Source: an uncultured Candidatus Saccharibacteria bacterium
Lineage (GTDB): Bacteria; Patescibacteriota; Minisyncoccia; UBA6257; 1-14-0-10-44-23
DNA: 64,000 nt
Direction of reading: 5' to 3'
NCBI GenBank assembly: GCA_964394435.1
Contig: CAYMXN010000002.1
Span: 206,196-270,195 of the forward strand
The translations under genes and the position numbers were made by a program. The first letter of the stretch is position 1. Each line of letters starts with the position of its first letter. The notes under the pieces are model-generated. The model was not told the origin of the DNA. It saw only the letters and a list, made by a program, of their open reading frames with translations, and ran no database searches. Below are positions 29,772 to 38,664 of this stretch, piece by piece.

Positions 29772-29809
29772 TAAAAATGGCCGAGACCGATGTGAGTCGG
29801 TTTCGGCCA
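29772..29809 (-). terminator. Terminator of GNAT/peptide unit
   Basis: TGGCCGAAACCGA-CTCACA-TCGGTCTCGGCCA followed by TTTTTAT on - strand. Confidence 0.7.
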
Positions 29810-29831
29810 CCCCTTGGGAGGGGGAGGACGA

Positions 29832-29918
29832 CTAGTCGTCGTCCGGTCCGTCGTTCTTCTCGCCCGAACTTCCGTCGTTCTGGGCCGGCGGATCGCCACC
29901 GTAGAACTTGCGGTTCAT
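29832..29918 (-). CDS. Putative 28-aa acidic peptide MNRKFYGGDPPAQNDGSSGEKNDGPDDD
   Basis: Manual translation; AAGGAAG 7 nt upstream of ATG; C/G-ending codons; terminator downstream. Confidence 0.45.
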   Translation of the reverse strand: MNRKFYGGDPPAQNDGSSGEKNDGPDDD

Positions 29919-30005
29919 CGGATTGCTTCCTTGTTGTTGCGATTGCGCTCGCTAACTTTTGGCACGTTGCCGCAGTGAGCAGGAGCACTTTTATAATTAT
30001 CTAAC

Positions 30006-30587
30006 TTACCGGTTCTTGTCAATACGTGATTGACGTGCCAAGAAGGGAAGCACTCTTTTCTTTAGTCCTTCTCGAAACAGGGCGAAGCGACTTACATCGT
30101 GATATTTTCCTGCGTAGAATCGTGCTCCTCGGAATCGCCCTTCCTTTTTGAATCCGGCGCTAACCATCGTGTCGTGCGAGAGCTTGTTGTAGCCAAAGAC
30201 TTCGAAGTAGATCTTGTGAATAGGGAATGAGTCGAAGAGCCATCTGATAACGAGCGCTGTCGCGATTGCGCCATAGCCCTTTCGTTCATTTTCTTCATCG
30301 ATGAATGTGTTGATGAAGACATTCCCATTGGTTAGGTCGAGATTGAAAGAGAATATCGTTCCAATGGCTCGGTTGTCTCGTTTGCGGACAATTATGAATT
30401 GTGCGTGCCGCTGATTCGCAAATGCTTTTTTGATTTCGGCAGCAAACTCTTCTGGATTTACGGTATCTCGTCTCTGCGAAAGCAGCCTTAGCCAACGTTC
30501 GCTGTTGCGCCAATCTAGAAGCGTGGGATAGTCAGTTTCGTTGATTGGACGGAGGCCGACCGTTCTTGTTTCATGAACGAAGTTCAA
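30006..30587 (-). CDS. GNAT acetyltransferase (RimJ/RimL-like)
   Basis: LRPINETD, RKGYG, HKIYFEVFGYN, GFKKEG; SD AGGAG 30594-30598; promoter TTGACA-16-TACTAT at 30629-30656. Confidence 0.85.
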   Translation of the reverse strand: MNFVHETRTVGLRPINETDYPTLLDWRNSERWLRLLSQRRDTVNPEEFAAEIKKAFANQRHAQFIIVRKRDNRAIGTIFSFNLDLTNGNVFINTFIDEENERKGYGAIATALVIRWLFDSFPIHKIYFEVFGYNKLSHDTMVSAGFKKEGRFRGARFYAGKYHDVSRFALFREGLKKRVLPFLARQSRIDKNR

Positions 30588-30654
30588 GGGATTCTCCTAT
30601 GATATGGGGGGTGATGTGTTCCGCCTTGATAGTACAACTATTTCTTGGGGTGTC

Positions 30655-30685
30655 AACAAAAATACCCGAACGGGTATTTTTGTTT
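30655..30685. terminator. Terminator after response regulators
   Basis: AACAAAAATACCCG-AA-CGGGTATTTTTGTT. Confidence 0.8.
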
Positions 30686-30691
30686 GAGTTT

Positions 30692-31096
30692 TTACTTAGT
30701 TGGCGTCTGGGCGATCAGCTCTTGGACTTTGCGGACGATGGAGTCGAGTTCGTCGCTCTTACGCAAGAAGGTGATTGCGCCAAGTTCTTGGGCGAACTTG
30801 TCGTTTTCTTTTTTAATACCCGGCCACGGGTAGAGGAGGTTGCTGAAAAAAACGATTTGGATATTTTTTGTTTCCGGATTTTGCTTGAGGTCGAGTACCG
30901 CTTCGGTGCCATTAGTCCCTGGCATTTGGATATCCATAATAATCAGGTCAGGCAGAATGCTCTTGGCTTTAGTGATCGCTTCATTGCCGTCTTTGGCTTC
31001 AGCGATTGTTAGTCCCGCTTTGAGTAATTTAGCCGAGAGCACTTCCTTGAAGTCTGGGTCATCATCGGCAATGAGTACGAGTGGTGGGTTGTGCAT
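30692..31096 (-). CDS. Single-domain response regulator
   Basis: LIADDD, DLIIMDIQMPG, FSNL, FLRK. Confidence 0.9.
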   Translation of the reverse strand: MHNPPLVLIADDDPDFKEVLSAKLLKAGLTIAEAKDGNEAITKAKSILPDLIIMDIQMPGTNGTEAVLDLKQNPETKNIQIVFFSNLLYPWPGIKKENDKFAQELGAITFLRKSDELDSIVRKVQELIAQTPTK

Positions 31097-31132
31097 ATCG
31101 AGAGATAAATTATGAATTATGAGTAAGGAGGA

Positions 31133-31525
31133 TTAAGACAATTGCTTTAGGATTTCGTTGATGCGCGTTACGAGAAGGTCGAGATCGCCGCCTTTTTTAA
31201 AATAGTCGACAGCGCCAATCTGTTCAGAAAATCGTTTGTTGATGCCTGCGACCGCAGGGGAGGCGTCACCGAGGTTGGTTAGAAAGATAATCGGGATGTT
31301 TTTGGTTTGTTCGTTGGCGTGTAGGTCGGCAGTCGCTTCCATCCCATCTTTTTCGGGCATTTGTACGTCCATCAAGATTAAATCAGGCTTGATTTTCGTT
31401 GCTTTTTCAACAGCCATCGCGCCATTTGAGGCGGTCTGGACTGAAAATCCTTTGCTTTTGAGTTTTGCGCCAACGATATCGAGAAAGTCTGCGTCGTCGT
31501 CAGCGGTGAGAATAAGTTTAGCCAT
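31133..31525 (-). CDS. Single-domain response regulator
   Basis: LTADDD, DLILMDVQMP, LTNL, YFKK. Confidence 0.9.
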   Translation of the reverse strand: MAKLILTADDDADFLDIVGAKLKSKGFSVQTASNGAMAVEKATKIKPDLILMDVQMPEKDGMEATADLHANEQTKNIPIIFLTNLGDASPAVAGINKRFSEQIGAVDYFKKGGDLDLLVTRINEILKQLS

Positions 31526-31579
31526 ACTCCTTTACTTATAGAGTAGCATAGCATAATCTATTGAACTATAATTACCCAT

Positions 31580-32335
31580 ATGGTGGATGAATCAACAATC
31601 AATAAGTGTATTTTAGAAATTCGAGCGGGAGCTGGTGGAGACGAGGCGGCTATTTTTGCTGGAGATTTGGCGCGTATGTACCAACGCTATACCGCATCGA
31701 AAGGGTGGGGGTTTAAAATTTTTGATTATAACGAGACGGGGCAAAACGGATATAAGAGTTTTTTTGCGCAGGTTTCGGGTAGTGGTTGCTATCTTGCTCT
31801 GAAATTAGAGTCAGGCGTGCACCGCGTACAGCGTGTTCCAGCTACAGAGAAAGCTGGGCGCGTACATACTTCGACTGCGACGGTAGCGGTTTTGCCTGAA
31901 CTTGAAGCGAAAGAGATTGTGATTAGCCCAAATGATTTAGAGGTTACATTTTCTCGTGCCGGTGGTCCGGGTGGGCAAAACGTGAACAAAGTAGAGAGCG
32001 CGGTTCGTATTACGCACAAACCGACTGGGATTGTAGTCAGTTCACGCGCCGAGCGTGCGCAGGCGGCTAACCGTGAGGCGGCGATGTCGCTCTTGCGGGC
32101 GAAATTGTATGACTTGGAGCAGCAGCGTACGCAAGGACAGTTTGCGGCAGATCGTCGTGAGCTTGTTGGTACGGCTGACCGGAGTGAAAAGATTCGAACG
32201 TATAACTTTGCTGACGATCGCTTAACCGACCACCGCTTTGGTGTGAAGGTGCACGATATTGAAAGTATTTTAAACGGTGATTTGGATAAGTTGCTGAATA
32301 AGATTAAAAAATCTCAAGAGGGGGAGAAGAAGTAA
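31580..32335 (+). CDS. prfA: Peptide chain release factor 1, lacking N-terminal domain 1
   Basis: [25 protein letters not shown] (PxT), GGQ, RTYNF; 251 aa; in-frame TGA at 31562. Confidence 0.9.
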   Translation: MVDESTINKCILEIRAGAGGDEAAIFAGDLARMYQRYTASKGWGFKIFDYNETGQNGYKSFFAQVSGSGCYLALKLESGVHRVQRVPATEKAGRVHTSTATVAVLPELEAKEIVISPNDLEVTFSRAGGPGGQNVNKVESAVRITHKPTGIVVSSRAERAQAANREAAMSLLRAKLYDLEQQRTQGQFAADRRELVGTADRSEKIRTYNFADDRLTDHRFGVKVHDIESILNGDLDKLLNKIKKSQEGEKK

Positions 32336-32399
32336 TATTCATAAATAAAAAGAAAAGGCCCACACGATCGGGGCCCTTTGATTTGCGGCGCACCTCCTC

Positions 32400-32633
32400 C
32401 TAGGGGTGCGCGTTATTTTGCTGGTTGTTGTTCTGCTTCTTCTTCGGGGCGACGGACTTCGCGAGTGACGTCAGGATGCTGGCAACCGTCTTGCGGACGA
32501 GGTTGATCGGCATCATGGCGAACACGGGCTTGAACTTCGCCTTCTCTCGAAGCGGGGTGAACAACATGTCCAACCCGAGCAGAATGATTTCGATGAGCGC
32601 GAACATCTGCAGGTAGTACTCAAACGTTGTCAT
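32400..32633 (-). CDS. Small single-TM hypothetical protein, GC-rich SD-led cassette
   Basis: AGGAGGT at 32643-32649; promoter TTGACT-17-TATAAT at 32657-32685; hairpin near 32354-32379. Confidence 0.7.
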   Translation of the reverse strand: MTTFEYYLQMFALIEIILLGLDMLFTPLREKAKFKPVFAMMPINLVRKTVASILTSLAKSVAPKKKQNNNQQNNAHP

Positions 32634-32707
32634 GGTCTGGTGACCTCCTGATGTATATTATATCACTAAAATATATAAAAGTCAATGAACTGATTTGGTT
32701 TATTTGG

Positions 32708-32744
32708 ATACTAAAAACCCTCGTTACGCGAGGGTTTTTAGTAT
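32708..32744. terminator. ftsK terminator
   Basis: ATACTAAAAACCCTCG-TTACG-CGAGGGTTTTTAGTAT. Confidence 0.85.
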
Positions 32745-32746
32745 CT

Positions 32747-34975
32747 TTATTCTTCAGATTCTTGTTGCGGAGTTTCGCTCAAGTTGTTTTCGTCAACGAT
32801 ATAAACTTCGCGTGGCTTAGCGCCGTCGGCCGGACCGATGAGGCCTTTGCTTTCCATGATATCGATGATGCGGGCGGCGCGGTTATAGCCGAGACCGAGC
32901 CGGCGCTGGAGTAGGGAGGTTGAGGCTTTGCGTGCTTGCTTTACGACGTCGATGGCTTGCGGGAGCATCTCGTCTTCCTCTTCATTAGTTCCCATATAAT
33001 CATCAAAGACGTCGCCACCACCCGGAGTGTTGGCTTCGGCCTGACCTGGGTCGGTTGGCGGATTCATTGATTTGGCGAGCGCCTGGCTTTCGGCTGACTG
33101 CTCGGTTGGACCAAGTGTCTCGTTATTGTCGCGAATAAACTTTACGACATCTTTAATCTCTTCTTCGGTGACATAACCTCCCTGAATACGTTTCGGCTTT
33201 GAGTACTCGGCCATTGAGCAGCTAAAGAGTAAGTCGCCACCACCTAATAGTTTTTCAGCTCCGGCAGTGTCGATAATCGTACGGCTGTCGATCTGACTAA
33301 TAACCTTCAATGCTGCGCGGCCGGTGATGTTAGCCTTGATGAGTCCAGTGATGACTTCGACAGATGGGCGCTGAGTGGCGAGTACCAGGTGGATACCGGT
33401 AGCACGCGCCATTTGTGCTAAGCGTACAATGTAGCCTTCGATTTCTTTGCCGAAGTTGGCCATCAGGTCGGCCATCTCATCAATAACAATGACGATATAT
33501 GGAAGTGGGTCGGTTTTGTTTGCTTTGTTGTAACTCTTAATATCGCGACTGCCAGCCTGTTGAAGTGTTTGGTAGCGGCGATCCATTTCAGATAGTGCCC
33601 AGCGGAAGACAGCGATGGATTTTTTGCCTTCGGTGATAACCGGGGAGATGAGGTGAGGGATACCCTCGTAAATCGAAAGTTCGACACGCTTTGGGTCGAT
33701 TAAGATAAGTTTAAGCATCTCTGGCGAGTTCTTGTAGAGCAACGGCAGGATGATGGAGTGGATGAAAATAGACTTACCGCTACCAGTCGCACCGGCGACC
33801 AATAAGTGTGGAAGTTTTTCAATATCCATAAAGAGTGGCTCGCCGGTTACGTCGCGACCAAGTGGGAAGACGAGCTGTCCGCCAGCAGTAAAGTCAGGGT
33901 AGGAGAGGAGGCTACCGAGGCGAACGATTGAAGCGGCTTTGTTTGGTACCTCGATACCGACGAGTGATTTGCCCGGGATCGGTGCTTCGATACGGATTGG
34001 GTGTGCGGCAAGAGCGAGCGCGAGGTCTTGGCCAAGCGCGGTGATGCGAGTTATTTTAACTCCTTCAGCCGGCTTGAGTGTGTAGCGGGTTACCTTTGGG
34101 CCGATGTTAATCTCGCCCATTTCAACGTCGATACCAAAACTATCGAGTGTGCGCTTAATGATGTTCGCGTTCGCACGTAAGTCTCCCGGAGTTGGTTTTT
34201 CTACCGATGACTTAAGAAGATCAAATGGTGGTGGAACGTAGTTTTTTACTACCGCTGGCTTGCCCTTACCCTTAGCTTCACTGGCTGACATCGCAACCAC
34301 TGGCTCAAACTCTTCATCAGACTTCTTTTCCTTTGGCTTTTCAGCAGGAGCGGCAAGCTTTTTAGCTGCTTTGACCGGGGCTTCTTTTTCTTCGGCGATG
34401 AGTTCGTCGATATCGATTTCTTCATCTTCGTCATCACGGGCGTCCTCTTTGCGCTTCTTTTTCTCGATATCTTTTTCTTCTTGTGATTTCAAGAAGCTTG
34501 GCTTACGCAGGGTGATTGAGGCGTTGAGTGTAATGAGAAGCGCGGTGATAAGGAGCGTGATGAGTAAGATGATTGCTGCGCCATGGCCAAAGGGGACTTC
34601 GAGTGAGCCAACTACTCCACCCAAAAAGCCACCTTTGCCGGGAAAGAGAACGTCGATCAGTCCGAGGCCAGATAAAACGAAAAACGCCATCCCAAAAAAG
34701 ACGACGCCAAAGAATTTTTCTTCCCGGCTAATTAAGAAAAGTAGGCCGACGATGAACAGAATGGCTGGAAAGAGGTAGTATCCGAGACCGACGAGGCTAT
34801 TAAAGAGGCTAAAGATAATGTCTCCAGCTGGGCCGGCTCGGTGAAAGGCGGCGAGCAGCATAATGATTGAGACGCCGATTAAGAGAATGCCGAAAACGCT
34901 TTTTTTGGTTTCGTGTTTTATTTTCTGAAGCTTGAACGAGCTAGATTCAGAATCTTTAGTTTTTTTCTTTGCCAT
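32747..34975 (-). CDS. ftsK: DNA translocase FtsK/SpoIIIE
   Basis: N-terminal TMs; IRIEAPIPGKS, GATGSGKS, IDPKRVEL, DEMADLM, ATQRPS; gamma domain STSLLQRRLGLGYNRAARIID. Confidence 0.97.
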   Translation of the reverse strand: MAKKKTKDSESSSFKLQKIKHETKKSVFGILLIGVSIIMLLAAFHRAGPAGDIIFSLFNSLVGLGYYLFPAILFIVGLLFLISREEKFFGVVFFGMAFFVLSGLGLIDVLFPGKGGFLGGVVGSLEVPFGHGAAIILLITLLITALLITLNASITLRKPSFLKSQEEKDIEKKKRKEDARDDEDEEIDIDELIAEEKEAPVKAAKKLAAPAEKPKEKKSDEEFEPVVAMSASEAKGKGKPAVVKNYVPPPFDLLKSSVEKPTPGDLRANANIIKRTLDSFGIDVEMGEINIGPKVTRYTLKPAEGVKITRITALGQDLALALAAHPIRIEAPIPGKSLVGIEVPNKAASIVRLGSLLSYPDFTAGGQLVFPLGRDVTGEPLFMDIEKLPHLLVAGATGSGKSIFIHSIILPLLYKNSPEMLKLILIDPKRVELSIYEGIPHLISPVITEGKKSIAVFRWALSEMDRRYQTLQQAGSRDIKSYNKANKTDPLPYIVIVIDEMADLMANFGKEIEGYIVRLAQMARATGIHLVLATQRPSVEVITGLIKANITGRAALKVISQIDSRTIIDTAGAEKLLGGGDLLFSCSMAEYSKPKRIQGGYVTEEEIKDVVKFIRDNNETLGPTEQSAESQALAKSMNPPTDPGQAEANTPGGGDVFDDYMGTNEEEDEMLPQAIDVVKQARKASTSLLQRRLGLGYNRAARIIDIMESKGLIGPADGAKPREVYIVDENNLSETPQQESEE

Positions 34976-35033
34976 CGTTTTGTATTCGTTTATTGGTATA
35001 GTATACCGCTAAATGATGATAGAATAAACAGCA

Positions 35034-36383
35034 ATGGGGCAGTCGATTTTTAAAGCGTACAATATTCGCGGAGCGTATCCGACCGAACTTAATGAGTCGA
35101 TGTTTTTCCGTATTGGTCGCGGATTAGCTGATATCTTTGACGGACGCGTTCTCGTTGGTCGTGATGGGCGACTTAGTTCGCCGGATTTATATGCTGCTCT
35201 TATAGCCGGGATGCGGGCGGCGGAGAAGAAGACGCTTATTATTGAAGCGATTGGTATCATGACGACGCCGATGCAGACGTTTTTAGTCCATCAATTTGCG
35301 TTTGCGGGTTCGGTAATGGTTACCGCGTCGCATAATCCAGCCGGAGATAATGGATTAAAGATTTTAAATAGCCAAGGGCGGGATGTACCGATGAGTGAGG
35401 TGGTGAGCGCGTATCAACGGTATGAGCAGTTGGCGATACCACGACAGGTGTCGGCAGTATCTGAAGCTGATAGTACGCCACACTTTGATGCGTATGTTTC
35501 GTTTTTGAAAAGTCAGGCGCGAATCAGGCGCCGGGTGCGCGTGGTATTTGATTGCTCGAATGGAGTTGTCGCGAGCGTCGTCTCTCGTTTGCAGAAGATA
35601 CTTACCGATGTTGATTTTATACTGCTCAATGAGCAGATTGATGGTCATTTTCCGGCTCATGGGCCAAATCCAAAAGAGGTTGGTGCGACTGAACAAGCGC
35701 AACGCACAGTGGTTGAGCAGCACGCAGATTTTGGCGTGGTATTTGATGGAGATGCTGATCGCGCGGTGTTTGTTGATAATCAAGGCAGGAGGATGAGTGC
35801 GGAGGCGACAACGATTTGTATCGCTCAACTTTTTACCGGTCCGATCGTGATTGAGCATACGCTTGGATATGTGGTGCGGGCGTTTGCTCGTCAGGCGAAT
35901 CGAGAAATTATTGAGACTAAAGTTGGCAGTTCGTATATTCATACGGCGATGCATGAGGGTGGGGCGGAGTTTGGTGCAGAGAGCTCATTCCACTTCTATT
36001 TCAAATCATTTTTTGGCAGCGATGATGGGCTGATGGCGTTTGTGTCGATGCTCACTATTGTTTCGGGAGGGGAGTTGTCGCTCAGTGAGTTTGTAGATGC
36101 GCTTCCTAAAACAATTCGGATGGATGAGCTCAACTTTTCATTTTCATCGCAAGAGCAGATCGCCGAGCTGCTGGAGACGCTTTTTATTACGTATGGTTCG
36201 CGGGCGAGTAACACTGTTCAGATAGATGGGATTAAATGTGAATTTATTGACCCGGCGTGGTGGTTTTCGGTGCGGCCATCGGCCAATGAGCCACTCGTGC
36301 GGTTTAACCTTGAGGCGCTCGATAGTGCGGTTTTTGAATCTAAAAAAGCAGAGATTCTATCGATTATTCGTCGATTTAAGTAG
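35034..36383 (+). CDS. Phosphomannomutase/phosphoglucomutase
   Basis: FKAYNIRG, TASHNP, FDGDADR, AESSFH, RPSANEP. Confidence 0.92.
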   Translation: MGQSIFKAYNIRGAYPTELNESMFFRIGRGLADIFDGRVLVGRDGRLSSPDLYAALIAGMRAAEKKTLIIEAIGIMTTPMQTFLVHQFAFAGSVMVTASHNPAGDNGLKILNSQGRDVPMSEVVSAYQRYEQLAIPRQVSAVSEADSTPHFDAYVSFLKSQARIRRRVRVVFDCSNGVVASVVSRLQKILTDVDFILLNEQIDGHFPAHGPNPKEVGATEQAQRTVVEQHADFGVVFDGDADRAVFVDNQGRRMSAEATTICIAQLFTGPIVIEHTLGYVVRAFARQANREIIETKVGSSYIHTAMHEGGAEFGAESSFHFYFKSFFGSDDGLMAFVSMLTIVSGGELSLSEFVDALPKTIRMDELNFSFSSQEQIAELLETLFITYGSRASNTVQIDGIKCEFIDPAWWFSVRPSANEPLVRFNLEALDSAVFESKKAEILSIIRRFK

Positions 36384-36407
36384 GTTTAAGGGGGGGTTGA
36401 GGGGGTA

Positions 36408-36436
36408 TTGACTTTTTACTTATTTTATGCTATACT
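36408..36436 (+). promoter_or_regulatory. Sigma70 promoter of micro-ORF cassette
   Basis: TTGACT-17 nt-TATACT with an extended -10 TG. Confidence 0.75.
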
Positions 36437-36497
36437 TTTCTTTGTCAGTACCTGAAATTGCGACCCGTTCTACGGGCTCGCTGGGAGGAGATGCATC

Positions 36498-36662
36498 ATG
36501 GACGATATCGATATCCTCGTGCTAGTGGTCCTCGCGGTTGCCGTCGTGGCAGCCGTGATCGGCCTCTTCGCGGGGGCTACGGTCTACTTTTTCGGCAGTT
36601 TGGGCGTATTGCTGGCATACGTCGGTGTGGCGTATCTGGCGTACGTCACGTACGGCCGGTGA
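36498..36662 (+). CDS. 54-aa two-TM microprotein
   Basis: MDDIDILVLVVLAVAVVAAVIGLFAGATVYFFGSLGVLLAYVGVAYLAYVTYGR; SD GGAGGAG; below ORF-track cutoff. Confidence 0.65.
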   Translation: MDDIDILVLVVLAVAVVAAVIGLFAGATVYFFGSLGVLLAYVGVAYLAYVTYGR

Positions 36663-36674
36663 CTGGAGGACGAT

Positions 36675-36878
36675 ATGAAGAAGGACATTCGAGAAGAGGT
36701 CGAGCGCCGTGTGCGCCGCCTACTGACCAAGATGTGCAGCTGCCAGCGGGCAGGCTGCAACATGTTGCACGTGTGCGACACGGACAAGATCGTCCAGGCC
36801 GCTCTCGCGTGCGACGTGTGCGGGGACATGCGACCGAACAAAGAGGATGGCACATGCCCCGGGTGCGGGAGTGCCTGA
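36675..36878 (+). CDS. 67-aa Cys-rich (Zn-ribbon-like) protein
   Basis: CSC...C..H.C, CDVC, CPGC; SD GGAGGA. Confidence 0.65.
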   Translation: MKKDIREEVERRVRRLLTKMCSCQRAGCNMLHVCDTDKIVQAALACDVCGDMRPNKEDGTCPGCGSA

Positions 36879-36937
36879 CTTTAAGTGAAACTCTGGAAAA
36901 ATGAGACCCGTTTCACGGGCTCGCCGGGAGGATTCCT

Positions 36938-37093
36938 ATGGACGGCAAGATCAGCGTGCGTCACGAGGTCATCTCGGTCATCATCGTCTTCGGTGCGATC
37001 CTGGCCGCCATCCTGGTGCCGGGCAAGAAGCTCGACCAGAAGGCGGCGGACGCGATGGCGAAGGTCAGCGCGACGCTCTTCGGAGGGCGCTGA
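36938..37093 (+). CDS. 51-aa single-TM microprotein
   Basis: MDGKISVRHEVISVIIVFGAILAAILVPGKKLDQKAADAMAKVSATLFGGR; SD GGGAGGA. Confidence 0.6.
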   Translation: MDGKISVRHEVISVIIVFGAILAAILVPGKKLDQKAADAMAKVSATLFGGR

Positions 37094-37223
37094 TGGACGA
37101 AGACAGGACAGAGAGAAGGTTCGTTTGATGGTGGGGGTCGCGATCGCGATTCTCGTCATCGCAGTGATTGTCGCTTGCCAAGTGCGAGCGGCAATCAGCC
37201 CGGAAGGCTTCGGCTTTCCGTAG
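37093..37223 (+). CDS. Possible TM microprotein, frameshifted or split into TGATG-coupled ORFs (37093-37128, 37128-37223)
   Basis: GGAGG then TGATG coupling; downstream frame MVGVAIAILVIAVIVACQVRAAISPEGFGFP; hairpin 37223-37249. Confidence 0.4.
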
Positions 37224-37256
37224 AGGCGCTTTGTGCAAACAGAGCGCCTTAATTTT

Positions 37257-37823
37257 TTATAACAAGTAGGTCTGGGTATCTACCGGAAACTCGATTGTTA
37301 CTTTTGTTGGAAGTTCTTTGTTGCGATCAGGTACTAATAAAAAGCCAAATTTTTTCGCTTTGTCATAAATTTCCTTGGTGATTTTTACATCGTTTTGGCA
37401 GTACTCTTTAAGTTCATCCATTTTTCCCGCGGCGTAGAGGATCGGAGCGGCGATGTTTTGATGGGTTTTGCCCATACCTAAGTTAGCTTTGGCGAGATTG
37501 TCGAGGCCGACTAAGCGACCAGTTTGTTGTTCGATTTCATTAGAGAGGTCGAGTTTTGGGTGATTAGTGAGATCGAGGCCAAGTGTGCGGCTTAAAATAG
37601 GGAGGTCGAATTTGTTTGAAGAGAAGCCGACGAGTAGGGCCGGGGGAGTGAGAAAAGTCTTGAGCTCGGCGAGCTGGGTTTCGTCAAAGCAGAAGTATTT
37701 ATTTTTGTTGTATGAGTAGATGCAACAAACCGACATCTGGAGCTGATCGAGATGGGCGCGGGTTTTTCCGCCGACGTCGGCGAAGGTGTTTTTAGTTTCG
37801 ATGTCGAGTACGAGGGTATCCAT
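37257..37823 (-). CDS. RNase H-like / DEDD 3'-5' exonuclease (YprB-like)
   Basis: LVLDIET, KFDLPIL, EYCQNDV. Confidence 0.85.
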   Translation of the reverse strand: MDTLVLDIETKNTFADVGGKTRAHLDQLQMSVCCIYSYNKNKYFCFDETQLAELKTFLTPPALLVGFSSNKFDLPILSRTLGLDLTNHPKLDLSNEIEQQTGRLVGLDNLAKANLGMGKTHQNIAAPILYAAGKMDELKEYCQNDVKITKEIYDKAKKFGFLLVPDRNKELPTKVTIEFPVDTQTYLL

Positions 37824-38007
37824 AGATAGGTATTTGCTAATGGCTTATAGCGTATAGGAAATAAGCGGAAATATCTACTTAATGTTATATTGACTTTATG
37901 TTTAAAAAATGCTATAAAATAAATCAGCAAGCCTAGGCATAGGCAAGCCCCTTAGCTGGCGGGTAGCCAGGAGTTTCCCGGCGATTAGTCGGGGAAGGGA
38001 TTTGAAG

Positions 38008-38601
38008 ATGAAGTTCGACGACCTGACGCACGGGCAGACCAAGGCACTTGTCACCAAGCTTGGTGGCGCGGATAAGGCCCTCGCCATTCTTCGTGGAGAG
38101 ATAGAGATGGTTGAAAAGCGTCTCACTCCGCCTCGTCCGCTTCGCCTTCTTCGTCCTACGGCGAAGTGTCGCTTCGCTGTTGAGGAGACTTTTTTTGGTA
38201 AGACGGCGGTACGGATTGACCATCGAGGCGATAGCTTCACGGCAGGGTTTAGATCTATTGTCGAGGAGCCTGTCCTCGAGGCGACTCTTGTCCCATTTGA
38301 TCTCAATCAAGCTGCATCTGACGGTGCGATTATTGCCGATTTGGGCGGTGAGGACCGTGCCGAGGTGGCGCTTTCCCAGGTTTGGAGACTCCTTGAGCGT
38401 CAGCCTAATGGCGAGGAGGGTGTTCTGCTCACTAGCGGGTACGCGAACATCTTTTACGTTCGTGACATTGCGGGGGCGTTGCGCGTCGTAACGGCCGTCT
38501 GGGTTGCCTTGAAGAACGGCTGGCAAGTGTACGCCAATTCTCTCCAGGGGCGTCCGCGCTTTTTGGACGGTGCCTGGCGTGTTTTCTCTTACAGCTCCTG
38601 A
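38008..38601 (+). CDS. Hypothetical protein with own promoter, structured leader and terminator
   Basis: TTGACT-17-TATAAA at 37890-37918; AAGGGA 7 nt before ATG 38008; long ORF. Confidence 0.7.
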   Translation: MKFDDLTHGQTKALVTKLGGADKALAILRGEIEMVEKRLTPPRPLRLLRPTAKCRFAVEETFFGKTAVRIDHRGDSFTAGFRSIVEEPVLEATLVPFDLNQAASDGAIIADLGGEDRAEVALSQVWRLLERQPNGEEGVLLTSGYANIFYVRDIAGALRVVTAVWVALKNGWQVYANSLQGRPRFLDGAWRVFSYSS

Positions 38602-38609
38602 TTCCTTGT

Positions 38610-38649
38610 ATCCTCGTGCGCGACTTGTCGCGCACGAGGATTTCTTTTT
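38610..38649 (+). terminator. Intrinsic terminator
   Basis: ATCCTCGTGCGCGAC-TT-GTCGCGCACGAGGAT followed by a T-tract. Confidence 0.85.
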
Positions 38650-38664
38650 CGATACTTACTTTAG

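Larger units (their letters stand above)
36462..36932 (+). repeat. Duplicated leader element (36462-36489 and 36905-36932): hairpin plus SD
   Basis: GACCCGTTCTACGGGCTCGCTGGGAGGA vs GACCCGTTTCACGGGCTCGCCGGGAGGA; both followed by ATG GAC. Confidence 0.8.

Noticed and set aside
36458-36904. 148-aa Arg-rich ORF in the ORF track
   Set aside because: An alternative frame over the SD-led micro-ORFs; composition is typical of an off-frame read of GC-rich DNA.
36462-36932. Repeated 28-nt element as CRISPR repeat or integron attC
   Set aside because: Only two copies 443 bp apart, no cas or integrase gene, and no RYYYAAC/GTTRRRY ends.
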